From NCBI GenBank assembly GCA_050309605.1, contig JBNRMN010000033.1:224001-288000 (forward strand): DNA of 64,000 nt. Direction: 5' to 3'. Below the pieces are notes generated by a model, which saw only the letters and a program-made list of their open reading frames with translations, had not been told where the DNA came from and did no database searches. The position numbers and the translations under genes are program-made. Below are positions 28,637-38,832 of the stretch, piece after piece; the first letter of the stretch is position 1, and every line of letters begins with the position of its first letter. This DNA comes from Anaerohalosphaeraceae bacterium (GTDB taxonomy: Bacteria; Planctomycetota; Phycisphaerae; Sedimentisphaerales; Anaerohalosphaeraceae).

Positions 28637-29494
28637 ATGACAGCGTCTTTTACGATGATATTGATGCTTGTGGGGATTCAGGCCTTCGGTCAAACCGAGG
28701 CAAAGAAGGCCCTCGTGCCGCCTGTGGCGCCGGGTGAGGGCAATGTGTGGGAACTGACCTTCGTGGATGAATTTGAAGGGACGGTCATCGATCCGAATCT
28801 GTGGACGGTTCGGCACCATAACCGCAGGCCGCGAAAGAACAATTTCTGGCATCGGGAGTGTGCTGTTTTGGATGGGAATGGGCTGCTTCGTGTTATTACC
28901 CGCACGAGTACGGAACGCCAGGGCTGGCATGACACCGCCTGTATCGAGACGCAGGGCACATTTACGCAGCGGTTCGGCTATTTTGAGATTCGTGCTGAGA
29001 TGCAGAGCCAGCCGGGATTCTGGTCGGCGTTCTGGGCGATGCCCGCGCCGCCGGGGGACATCAGCTCGACACGGTTCGGAGCAATGGACGGAGCGGAACT
29101 GGATATTTTCGAAAAAAACACGCTGGATGATGACGTTCAGCACGCCCTGCACTGGGACGGCTACGGCCAGGATCACAAAAGCGCCGGTCATCGTGCGAAA
29201 GTGCCCGGCGTGATGGAGGGGTTTCATACCTTCGGTTTGTTATGGACGCCGGATGAGTATGTGTTTTATGTGGACGGCAAAGAGACGTGGCGCACCCGCG
29301 CCGGCGGGGTGGCTCAGGTGCCGGTGTATTTGAAAATCTCCTCGGAGATCGGTGATTGGGGCGGCGATATTACCCAGGCCGAACTGCCGGATGAATTTCG
29401 TGTGGACTATGTTCGGGTCTGGCAGCTTTATACCGAGGACGGACAGGTTGCCTGGACGCCCAAACCTTTTGTCGAACCGGAGTCGGCGGATTGA
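28637..29494 (+). CDS. Glycoside hydrolase family 16 protein
   Basis: FVDEFEG, WSAFW, catalytic ELDIFE, VDYVRVW; signal peptide. Confidence 0.9.
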   Translation: MTASFTMILMLVGIQAFGQTEAKKALVPPVAPGEGNVWELTFVDEFEGTVIDPNLWTVRHHNRRPRKNNFWHRECAVLDGNGLLRVITRTSTERQGWHDTACIETQGTFTQRFGYFEIRAEMQSQPGFWSAFWAMPAPPGDISSTRFGAMDGAELDIFEKNTLDDDVQHALHWDGYGQDHKSAGHRAKVPGVMEGFHTFGLLWTPDEYVFYVDGKETWRTRAGGVAQVPVYLKISSEIGDWGGDITQAELPDEFRVDYVRVWQLYTEDGQVAWTPKPFVEPESAD

Positions 29495-29530
29495 TCCGTT
29501 GGAGTTGAGAAACACAGCGCGTCTTGGGTT

Positions 29531-30412
29531 TTATTCGGTGCACATCAGCCATTCGGCCGCGAAAAGCGCCAGATCGTGCAAATCCACGACGCAGTCGCCG
29601 GACAGATCCGCTTTGAGCGGGCAGTGTCCATACAATTCGAGGTTGTCCCAATAGATGTCATCCGTCGAGGTCTCGTTGGCCCAATGGTAGGCCCTGATGG
29701 TGGCCTGGATCTGCTCGATTTGCTGTCCGCGTTTCCATTCCTGCGCGTCCCAATCAAATGATCGCGGCAGGGCGTACTCGCTGAGTGTTTGCGTTTCCTC
29801 ATTGACGGTCAGAGAAACGTAACGGTCGGCCCGCTGATCAATGACCAGTTTGATATGATGCCACGTTTCCCAGTCCAGTGTCTGGCCGACGGTCAGAGGA
29901 ATCGGGACATTGTTGTCCAGCCCGTTAAAACAGGCCAGGCCGACATCGATGTTTCGGATGTTTTTGGCAGTTCCGTTGCCGCTGGACAGACCAAAGCCCA
30001 CAATGACGAAACCCGGATGCGGGCCGCCGGAGATTTCCAGTGCGGCCTGATACTCGTTTATCGCCTCCGGATCACTCGTCGCGGCGTAAAAATCGGCTTC
30101 GAGGGTAACCACTGGAGATCGGGACAAATCCGGCGGTTCGATTGGCCGCAGAACGTTGGTTTGTGCTCCTTCGGTATCGTCGGCGTCAATGAACAGTCGC
30201 AATGCCTGTCCAGCCACGACGATGTCTTGCTGAATTTGGTCGAAGTCGGGTCGCGTTCCGTAATACCATCCGTCCTGCGCCTCGTCGCCGGGGTGGTGGT
30301 GCGTTGGCCCCGGTGCCAGATCATCGAAGTCGGTCGCAAAAAACGTGATTCGATCCGCATTGAGCGAGTAACAACACAGGGTCAATCCCATCGCAATAGC
30401 ATAGCGTTTCAT
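29531..30412 (-). CDS. Secreted protein with C-terminal dockerin-like motif
   Basis: Signal MKRYAIAMGL; tail CPLKADLSGDCVVDLHDLALFAAEWL. Confidence 0.8.
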   Translation of the reverse strand: MKRYAIAMGLTLCCYSLNADRITFFATDFDDLAPGPTHHHPGDEAQDGWYYGTRPDFDQIQQDIVVAGQALRLFIDADDTEGAQTNVLRPIEPPDLSRSPVVTLEADFYAATSDPEAINEYQAALEISGGPHPGFVIVGFGLSSGNGTAKNIRNIDVGLACFNGLDNNVPIPLTVGQTLDWETWHHIKLVIDQRADRYVSLTVNEETQTLSEYALPRSFDWDAQEWKRGQQIEQIQATIRAYHWANETSTDDIYWDNLELYGHCPLKADLSGDCVVDLHDLALFAAEWLMCTE

Positions 30413-30732
30413 TCCATCACCTCCACATACACAATTTACATTTTGTCTTACTTGAACGTCTGTCAAATACGTGTTCTACCGCGTTGTCGGTCCATCTTGC
30501 CGAATACTTCGACGGATATGTCAATGAATGCAAATATGTGTTGATAAAGTGCCTATTTTCTCCTTTTTGTACGTTCCACTATACCCATAACGCGCCAAAT
30601 TGTCAAGTTTTTTTGTTTTTTCCCGTTTTTTTCTTAAAACCGGTTGGTGATGCGGGGGTATTTATTTATTTGACGTGGTTTCGGGGCGGGGGTATGATGT
30701 TTTTTGAAATGTATCAGAGAAAGGGGCCGGTT

Positions 30733-30966
30733 ATGGCTGATAATAAAGCAGTTATTGAATTTGACAGTGACCGCTGCAAGGGTTGCGGTTTGTGTGTGAT
30801 TTTTTGTCCGCATCAGAATATTCGTATGTCGGATATCCTGAATGAGCAGGGCCATCCCTATGCGGAGTTGGTTGATGCGGATCGGTGTACGGGCTGCGGA
30901 TTATGCTATCGGATGTGTCCGGATACGGCCATCGCGATCCATCGCAGTAAAACGGCGAAACGATGA
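30733..30966 (+). CDS. 2x[4Fe-4S] ferredoxin subunit of 2-oxoacid:ferredoxin oxidoreductase
   Basis: CKGCGLCVIFCP and CTGCGLCYRMCP; start set at MADNK. Confidence 0.92.
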   Translation: MADNKAVIEFDSDRCKGCGLCVIFCPHQNIRMSDILNEQGHPYAELVDADRCTGCGLCYRMCPDTAIAIHRSKTAKR

Positions 30967-32053
30967 TGGGACAGAAAGTTCTTTTGAAAGGCAATGAGGC
31001 GATGGCCGCCGCGGCCGTAGAGGCGGGCTGTCGGTTTTTCGCGGGGTATCCGATCACGCCTCAAAATGAGGTGCCCGAATACTTTTCGTGGCGTTTGCCG
31101 CAGGCCGGCGGGGTCTTCGTGCAGGCCGAGAGCGAGGTGGCCGCGATCAATATGATCTTCGGCTCAGCCGCGGCCGGGGCGCGGAGCATGACCAGCTCAT
31201 CGTCGCCGGGGATCAGTCTCAAGCAAGAGGGTATCAGCTATATCGCTGCGGCTGAGCTTCCGTGTGTCATCGCCAACGTGCAGCGCGGCGGGCCGGGACT
31301 GGGCAATATCCGCGCTTCGCAGGGGGATTATTTTCAGGCGGTCAAAGGCGGCGGGCACGGTGATTATCGGCTGATCGTGCTGGCGCCGGCGTATGTGCAG
31401 GAATTGTACGATCTGACGATGCTTGCGTTTGACTGGGCGGATCTGTATCGCAATCCGGTGATGATTCTGGGCGATGGCATCCTGGGTCAGATTGCCGAGC
31501 CGCTGGAGTTAAGACCCTATCGGCCGATTGCCGAGCTTCCCGCCAAAGACTTTGCTCTGACCGGGTGTGCGGGGCGCGCTTCGCGCGTGGTTAAGACGCT
31601 GATTCTGAACCCTCCTGACGGTTTGGTTACCCACAATGATCACTTGCAGGACAAATATCGACGGATTGAGCGGGAATTGTCACTCTGCGAGGAATACGAA
31701 ACCGAGGACGCTGAGATTCTGATTGCAGCCTATGGGATGAGCGGACGCATCGCCAAAGGCGCGGTGCGCCGTGCTCGGCAAAAGGGCATTCGGGCCGGGC
31801 TGATTCGACCGATTACGCTGTGGCCGTTTCCGAAGGCGGCGATGCAGCGTGCGGTTGCCGATGTGCGTCGGGTTTTGGTTGTCGAAATGAGCTGCGGACA
31901 GTTTGTCGAGGATGTACGACTGGCGACCGAATGCAGCGTACCGGTGGAGTTTTTCGGTCGGGGCGGCGGCTGGTATCCGCTGGATACGGAGATTCTTGAG
32001 GTTGTTGAGTCGATGCTGATGAACCGTCCGTCGGCTTGTGCAACGCGAAAGGG

Positions 32054-32057
<4 letters not shown>
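30963..32057 (+). CDS. 2-oxoacid:ferredoxin oxidoreductase alpha subunit (VorB-like)
   Basis: [36 protein letters not shown]. Confidence 0.92.
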
Positions 32058-32791
<734 letters not shown>

Positions 32792-32910
32792 CCGTCGAAA
32801 TTCGAAACCCGACATGGGAACCACATTCAACGATCACAAACTCAAATGGTCCAAACGGCCGTGCGAAAAAAGTTTGGTTACGTCAAACGGTTTAATCGAG
32901 TGCAGATTCA

Positions 32911-33474
32911 ATGAATGACAACTCCATCAATATAACGATTGCCGGTTCCGGCGGACAGGGGGTGGTGGTCATCGGCAACCTGATCGCGCGGGCGTGTGTG
33001 ATTGAGGGCAAAAACGTCAGCGGCTGGGTGGCCTACGGTGCGGAGATGCGCGGCGGTACGGCCAACGCTACGGTGGTGGTCAGCGAGGATGAGATTGCCT
33101 GTCCGTTTGTCGAGACGCCGGATATGGCAATTATTCTTAATCAGCCGTCGCTGGAGCGGTTCGAATCAAGCGTCGCTGAAGGGGGACTGATTTTGCTGAA
33201 CACGTCAATGATTCAGCGACCGCTTGAGCGGGACGATCTGGAACAACTGCAGCTCGGCGCGACGGAACTGGCGCATCGTCTGGGCAATCTGAAGGTGGCT
33301 AATATTGTAGCGCTGGGTGCGTTTATTGATTACACTCGATTGGTGTCGATGGACAGCATTCGCCGGGCGATTGAGGACCTGTTTTCCGCCAAAAAGCCCA
33401 AGATGGTGGAACTGAACCTGAAGGCGCTCGGTGTGGGGGCGGAACATTATACAGTCGGCAGGGTGCGGACTTAA
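32911..33474 (+). CDS. 2-oxoacid:ferredoxin oxidoreductase gamma subunit
   Basis: GSGGQG, YGAEMRGG, NIVALGA. Confidence 0.92.
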   Translation: MNDNSINITIAGSGGQGVVVIGNLIARACVIEGKNVSGWVAYGAEMRGGTANATVVVSEDEIACPFVETPDMAIILNQPSLERFESSVAEGGLILLNTSMIQRPLERDDLEQLQLGATELAHRLGNLKVANIVALGAFIDYTRLVSMDSIRRAIEDLFSAKKPKMVELNLKALGVGAEHYTVGRVRT

Positions 33475-33496
33475 CTGCGGGATGATCAATAACTGA

Positions 33497-34018
33497 ATGT
33501 CACAACCACCGGAACATCAGGGACTGGCCGGTCAGGTGATGACTCGGCTGCATCAGCAGCGTCGTCGTGGGCTGGGCTTGCGGATGACGCCGATGATCGA
33601 TGTGATTTTTCTGCTGCTGACGTTTTTTGTGCTGACGGTGCAGTTTGAGCCGCCTGAACAGGCGCTGCCGCTGGTCTTCGGGGCCGAAGCGGCGCCGGTC
33701 GCTGCGTCGCCGAAGGCTTTGGAACTGGCGGTTGTCCGGCATCCGCAAGGGTGTGCTGTTCAGACGGCCGAGCCGTTTGCGACAATTGTGATCCGGCAAA
33801 CAGCGCCGACTGAGGGGCTTGCCGTGTTGGCTCAACACGTCAGCGCGTCGGTTTTGGCTGAAGGCGAAAGGCCGATTCGATTGCGCTGCGATGAGGCGGT
33901 GTTGTGGGAATTCGTGACGAAAATCTACGATGTGCTGTACGGATTGGGGGCCAGGGACATCACTTTTGTTGTTGACGAGGTGAGCGGTTCTTCAGATCCG
34001 CCGGTTCCTCTTGATTGA
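33497..34018 (+). CDS. ExbD/TolR-family protein
   Basis: MTPMIDVIFLLLTFF transmembrane motif; IRLRCD. Confidence 0.85.
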   Translation: MSQPPEHQGLAGQVMTRLHQQRRRGLGLRMTPMIDVIFLLLTFFVLTVQFEPPEQALPLVFGAEAAPVAASPKALELAVVRHPQGCAVQTAEPFATIVIRQTAPTEGLAVLAQHVSASVLAEGERPIRLRCDEAVLWEFVTKIYDVLYGLGARDITFVVDEVSGSSDPPVPLD

Positions 34019-34026
34019 ATTGTCAT

Positions 34027-36936
34027 TCAGAGCACGCGGAGCCATTCTTCGGCGAGGATCGCAAAGTCAGCCAAATCCACTTGTCCGTCGCAGTTCAAGT
34101 CTGCTGGGCCGGTCTGGGCTGTCTGCCACGTTTCGGCCAGTCGGATAAAGTCGTGAATGTCCACAACACCATCCGGTTCGATGTCGGCGGTCAGGGCGTC
34201 AGCGGCATAAAGCGTCCCAATATGCGACGGAGTTAACGCGCGATCATAGATCCGCACTTCATCCAGAAAGCCTTCATAATAGGTATTGACGCCTCCCGGA
34301 TCGATCCGCGTTCCAATCAGCACCTCATCCTCATCGGCGGCGGTGGCAATGGGTCTGTTGTTGTTTACGATGACCTGTGTTTCGAGCCGCCCGTCAATAT
34401 AGAGTTGAATGTGATCGATGGCGGCGGCGGAATCCGGGATCACCAGCGCGACGTGATGCCATTGTCCGTCATTGATGGGACGCTCAGTAGTGATGCTGCC
34501 GCCCCATATGCCGACGCCGAATCGTCCGTTGACCGTTCCGAACATCCATTTTTGGCCGGGCTGGAGCCGGCCCCATGAGAGGACAAGATTTTCCTGTGTG
34601 GTCGTGGTTTTTACCCAGGCCGTGCAGGTCCGGCTTTGTCCGCCGCCGATGCCGGTAAAGCCCGGCACCCGCAGATAGGTATCAATGCCGTCGAGGTACA
34701 GACCGCCGCAGTGTTTGCCGGTCGTCCAGGTGTTGTCATCGGCGTTGATCAGATGGGCATGGCGCTGGTTGCCGGAGGCGTCGGCGGCCAGGGCGCCGCT
34801 GCGTTCGTTAAACCGCCAGTGAGCCAGGGGGCGGGCAGAGCCTTCTACAATAAATGAACTGATGCGGTCATTCCAGCCGTCGGCGACAAAGCAGACTTCG
34901 TCGGCGGTCTTGACCAGTGAAGGTCCCTGGAAATGGTCATTGTCATAAAAGGTGACGGTATAGCCGGGGGCGATTTTGACCGATGAGGCGTCGTTGTTTC
35001 GCCCGCCGGCGGCGATCAGATCAGCCAGGGTATAGGCGCCGACGCCAAATGGTGCGGCCCAGCCGCGGTAATCGCAGTGCTGGTAGAGTGTTATCGCGGC
35101 CGGTACGGAGATCTCAACGGCTGCGCGGCTGACGGCGCCGTTGGGATGGGTGTAACTGACAAAATAACGGCCCGCCCAATCCAACTGAAGGTTGTGGCGG
35201 GTTACTTCCTGAAGGCCGTTGGCGGTTGTTCCGTTCGGCGCGGTCCAGGTCCACGTTCCGCCGCCGTCCGGAGCATCTGTTTGGGCCTTCAGGGAAAGGG
35301 TATCGCCGATCTCGAGGACGGCCCGATTGGCTTGTATCCAGTCGCCGTCGTTGATTGACAGATAGGTTTTTATCGGGGTCGGCACGGAATATCCGACAAA
35401 CTGCCAGTGCTGGGACGGCTGTTGAAGATTGGTTTCCGTGAGAATGACCGCTGTATTGTTGGCGGCGGCGTTGTTAAGCGGCTGGAGGGATTTGCCGGTC
35501 AATCGATTCTGAATGTTGAAATAGCCGTTGCCCACATCAATCAATTGCCATTGTTGGGTATAATGAAAGGCATCGGTCTGAGCAATGACCGCTGGGGTAT
35601 TGTTTGTGCTCTGGTTGTTGATCGGCTGAACGGTCTTGTTGGCCGAGCGGCTGCGAAGTTGATAATACCCGTTACCCAGATCCACCCGTGCCCACATTTG
35701 TGACGTCCAGCTCGCGTATTCATCGTATAAGATCAGCGGGGTGTTGTCCGCGGTGGCAGACGCTTGCAGCCGCAGACTGCGTCCGGCGGTTCGGCTTCGG
35801 ATGAACCCGTATTTCGGCGTATCACCGCCGACGGTATCGGCCATCTTCCAGAAGGCACGGGCGACTGAGGCATTGTCAATCAGGGCGGCCGAAGGGGAGC
35901 CGCTTGTGTTGTTCCATCGTTCAGGATATCGGCCGGTCGCGGCGTCTTTGCCGTTCTCGTAGAGAAATTTCAGGTAGCCTGCCGCGATGTCGAGCCAGTA
36001 CGGATTGCCGTCAACCTCATACAGGTCCACATAGGCATTGGTCATATCATGCCCGCCCCACTTGCCGGTTTGTCCGAGTGCGAATGTGTTCATATTGATG
36101 AACTGACTTTCCATGGCCGCCGCCAGCCGCTGAGCCTCCGTCAGGTAGTCGGTATTGCCGGTAATGCGATAAAGCCGCACCGCCGACTGAATCATCACGG
36201 CGGTCAGATAGCCCAGCGGGCCTTGATTGATTTCGTGATAAATGCCCGAGCTGGTCCGCAGAAACGAGGCGGCAGTAAGCCAGTTGTATAATCGGAGACC
36301 ATCGGTCAGGTATTGGTCAAGACCGGTGGCCTGATAAACCATCAGGTTGGCCAAAATCGTCGGCGCCGTCGAGCAAATCGAAACGCCTTCTGTATTCGAT
36401 TCATGCCAGCGAATTCCTCCGGTGTAGGTATCGCCGGGGCCGTTTTCGCCGCTCATGCAGAAGACCAGGATTTCCCGTGCACGGTTCAGGTATTCGGCGC
36501 TGCCGGTCAATTCGTGCAGTTCCATATACACCATTGCGATCCAGGCATTGTCATCGTAATAGCGATCGCCGCAATTGCCGGCACTGGCATTGTAGGCCCA
36601 ATACCCTCTGGCATAACAGCGGTATCGGTTGTGAAAGGCGTCGGCCATTGCAGATACGGTTTCAAGGTGGGATGGATCAACTTTTGCCGCAGCGGTCAAT
36701 GCGCCGAACATAATGCCCTGAGGCCAGGCATAGGCCGAAAAACGCTGTGTCAGCGATTCGGCGTAAAGATTCCGGTTGGTGCTTCCGTAGAGCCGAAAGT
36801 CCGTTTCAATTTGGTCCAGGGTCTCCTGTCCCCACTGCCGAAAGGTGTAACCGGTGGCAGCTTCCGCCCGGACGGTAATCAACACACAGAAAACACACAG
36901 GAATACCGACAACCCCTTTTTTACGGACACAATCAT
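34027..36936 (-). CDS. GH76 hydrolase with ricin-B lectin, Ig-like, beta/gamma-crystallin, LamG and dockerin-like domains
   Basis: YYDDNAW catalytic pair; QxW repeats; LYQHCDYRG...NNDASSVK...WNDRISS; DGQWHHVA...DEVRIYDRAL; ADLNCDGQVDLADF. Confidence 0.87.
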   Translation of the reverse strand: MIVSVKKGLSVFLCVFCVLITVRAEAATGYTFRQWGQETLDQIETDFRLYGSTNRNLYAESLTQRFSAYAWPQGIMFGALTAAAKVDPSHLETVSAMADAFHNRYRCYARGYWAYNASAGNCGDRYYDDNAWIAMVYMELHELTGSAEYLNRAREILVFCMSGENGPGDTYTGGIRWHESNTEGVSICSTAPTILANLMVYQATGLDQYLTDGLRLYNWLTAASFLRTSSGIYHEINQGPLGYLTAVMIQSAVRLYRITGNTDYLTEAQRLAAAMESQFINMNTFALGQTGKWGGHDMTNAYVDLYEVDGNPYWLDIAAGYLKFLYENGKDAATGRYPERWNNTSGSPSAALIDNASVARAFWKMADTVGGDTPKYGFIRSRTAGRSLRLQASATADNTPLILYDEYASWTSQMWARVDLGNGYYQLRSRSANKTVQPINNQSTNNTPAVIAQTDAFHYTQQWQLIDVGNGYFNIQNRLTGKSLQPLNNAAANNTAVILTETNLQQPSQHWQFVGYSVPTPIKTYLSINDGDWIQANRAVLEIGDTLSLKAQTDAPDGGGTWTWTAPNGTTANGLQEVTRHNLQLDWAGRYFVSYTHPNGAVSRAAVEISVPAAITLYQHCDYRGWAAPFGVGAYTLADLIAAGGRNNDASSVKIAPGYTVTFYDNDHFQGPSLVKTADEVCFVADGWNDRISSFIVEGSARPLAHWRFNERSGALAADASGNQRHAHLINADDNTWTTGKHCGGLYLDGIDTYLRVPGFTGIGGGQSRTCTAWVKTTTTQENLVLSWGRLQPGQKWMFGTVNGRFGVGIWGGSITTERPINDGQWHHVALVIPDSAAAIDHIQLYIDGRLETQVIVNNNRPIATAADEDEVLIGTRIDPGGVNTYYEGFLDEVRIYDRALTPSHIGTLYAADALTADIEPDGVVDIHDFIRLAETWQTAQTGPADLNCDGQVDLADFAILAEEWLRVL

Positions 36937-37233
36937 ATCCCCCGCATTGAACTTTGGTATAGTGTCAGGCGTAATATCGCCTTTATTTATAATAAAACGG
37001 CGATAGGGATGTACTTTTTAACCAAAAAAAATAGACAACTTTGCAAATGTGGAAAAAATGTTCGCCTCTTGACCCATTTTTTCAGAAACGACAAGGCTGG
37101 CCGGACACGGAGGTTTTCGGTTCGAATCTCCCTTGCGAACGTGTGCCGGATGTGGTACGATAAGGGTTAACGATAGAATCCCGCCCTGAATATTGTCAAT
37201 GGGGCAATACGGATACTTGAATTGGAGATAAAG

Positions 37234-38499
37234 ATGGCTAAATCATCGAATTATAAACGTGAATCGTGCAGTTTTTGCGGTCGAGCCAAAAAGCAGGTGG
37301 ATGCTTTTGTGGAAGGTCCGGGTGGGGTGTTTATCTGTCCGGAATGTGTGGAATTGTGTTATAACATCGTGCGTCAGGAGCGGCGTCGGCTGCAGGGCGG
37401 CCAAACGCTGTTTTCGGATGTGCCCAAGCCGCGCGAGATTAAGGAGTTTCTTGATCAGTATGTTATTGGTCAGGAGCACGCCAAACGCAGTCTGGCGGTG
37501 GCGGTCCACAATCACTACAAGCGGCTGATGCATACGGAAATTGACGATCAGGATGTGGAACTTGAAAAATCCAACGTCCTGCTGATCGGTCCGACCGGTT
37601 CGGGCAAGACGCTGCTGGCCAAGACGATGGCACGGATGCTGCATGTGCCGTTTGCCATCTGCGATGCGACGACGGTGACCGAGGCCGGTTATGTCGGCGA
37701 GGATGTGGAAAACTTTTTGCTTCGGCTGCTTCAGAACGCTGATTATGACATTGAGGCGGCTCAACGCGGTATTGTGTATGTTGACGAAATTGACAAGGTG
37801 GGCAAGACCAGCCAGAATGTGTCCATCACGCGCGATGTGTCCGGCGAAGGGGTCCAGCAGGCCCTGCTGAAAATGCTGGAGGGAACGATTTCGAACATCC
37901 CTCCGCAGGGCGGACGCAAACACCCCGAACAGCAGTATATCCAGATTGATACCAGCCAGATTATGTTTATTTGCGGGGGAACCTTTGTCGGTCTTGAGAA
38001 TATCATCAAAAAGCGTCTCGGCAAGCGAATGATCGGCTTTGACAGCGAGCAGTCCGGTCGCAGCGAGAAAAAACAGGATTACAGCGAAGTGATTTCGCAG
38101 GTGACGCCGGAAGATATTATCGAATTCGGGATGATTCCGGAACTGGTCGGTCGATTGCCGATTCTGACCACTTTGTCGGCGCTGGATGAGTCGGCTTTGA
38201 TTCAGATTTTGACCGAGCCGAAGAACGCGCTGGTTCGCCAGTATCAGCGGCTCTTTGAGATGGAAGAGGCCGAATTGAAGTTTACCGATGAGGCGTTGTC
38301 TTTGCTGGCGCAGCGGGCGATGAAGCGCGATACCGGCGCCCGTGCTTTGCGCGCGGTGATGGAAGAGCTGATGGTCGATATGATGTATCGGCTGCCCGAA
38401 GAACCAAAGCCCGGTAAATATGTCATTACTCCCGAAATCATCGAAGGTCAGGCCGATTTGTTTGCTCAACAGCGAAGAGCCAAAAAAGAAGGTGCGTAA
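37234..38499 (+). CDS. clpX: ATP-dependent Clp protease ATP-binding subunit
   Basis: Zinc finger CSFC...[32 protein letters not shown] loop, GARALR. Confidence 0.97.
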   Translation: MAKSSNYKRESCSFCGRAKKQVDAFVEGPGGVFICPECVELCYNIVRQERRRLQGGQTLFSDVPKPREIKEFLDQYVIGQEHAKRSLAVAVHNHYKRLMHTEIDDQDVELEKSNVLLIGPTGSGKTLLAKTMARMLHVPFAICDATTVTEAGYVGEDVENFLLRLLQNADYDIEAAQRGIVYVDEIDKVGKTSQNVSITRDVSGEGVQQALLKMLEGTISNIPPQGGRKHPEQQYIQIDTSQIMFICGGTFVGLENIIKKRLGKRMIGFDSEQSGRSEKKQDYSEVISQVTPEDIIEFGMIPELVGRLPILTTLSALDESALIQILTEPKNALVRQYQRLFEMEEAELKFTDEALSLLAQRAMKRDTGARALRAVMEELMVDMMYRLPEEPKPGKYVITPEIIEGQADLFAQQRRAKKEGA

Positions 38500-38832
38500 G
38501 CTCCGCAATCCGTTCAATGAAACACAAGCGAAACTGCCTGTACAATAAATGCATAGCGGGTGTGCGTAAAACGCAGAATGGTTTTTTCGGAGAGGGGGCC
38601 TGAGGCTGTTTTTTTTGATGGCGCAAGCGGCTGCGTTGGAGGCAAAGCGTTGCGCAATGCGGGAAAACGGGGGGATGGCGGGCGAGATGTTTTTTCTTTG
38701 AGAGATGATTCGCAGATGGCACAAGAATTGTTAAATCTGATATATACGGCACGAAGATATCTGATCTTGTGTCGAATCGGATTCAATCAGCTTGTGTGCG
38801 ACGGGGAGTAAACAGAACGGAACAGTCGGGAG

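Noticed and set aside
33497..34018. ExbD gene without exbB as part of the oxidoreductase system
   Set aside because: Dispersed ExbD paralogues are common and nothing supports a functional link.
37234..38499. clpX without adjacent clpP or tig
   Set aside because: Unlinked clpX is common; not informative without the whole genome.
38500..38832. Possible sRNA or operator between clpX and the activase
   Set aside because: Only a short TGCGT-AAA-ACGCA hairpin and T-tracts; no recognisable family.
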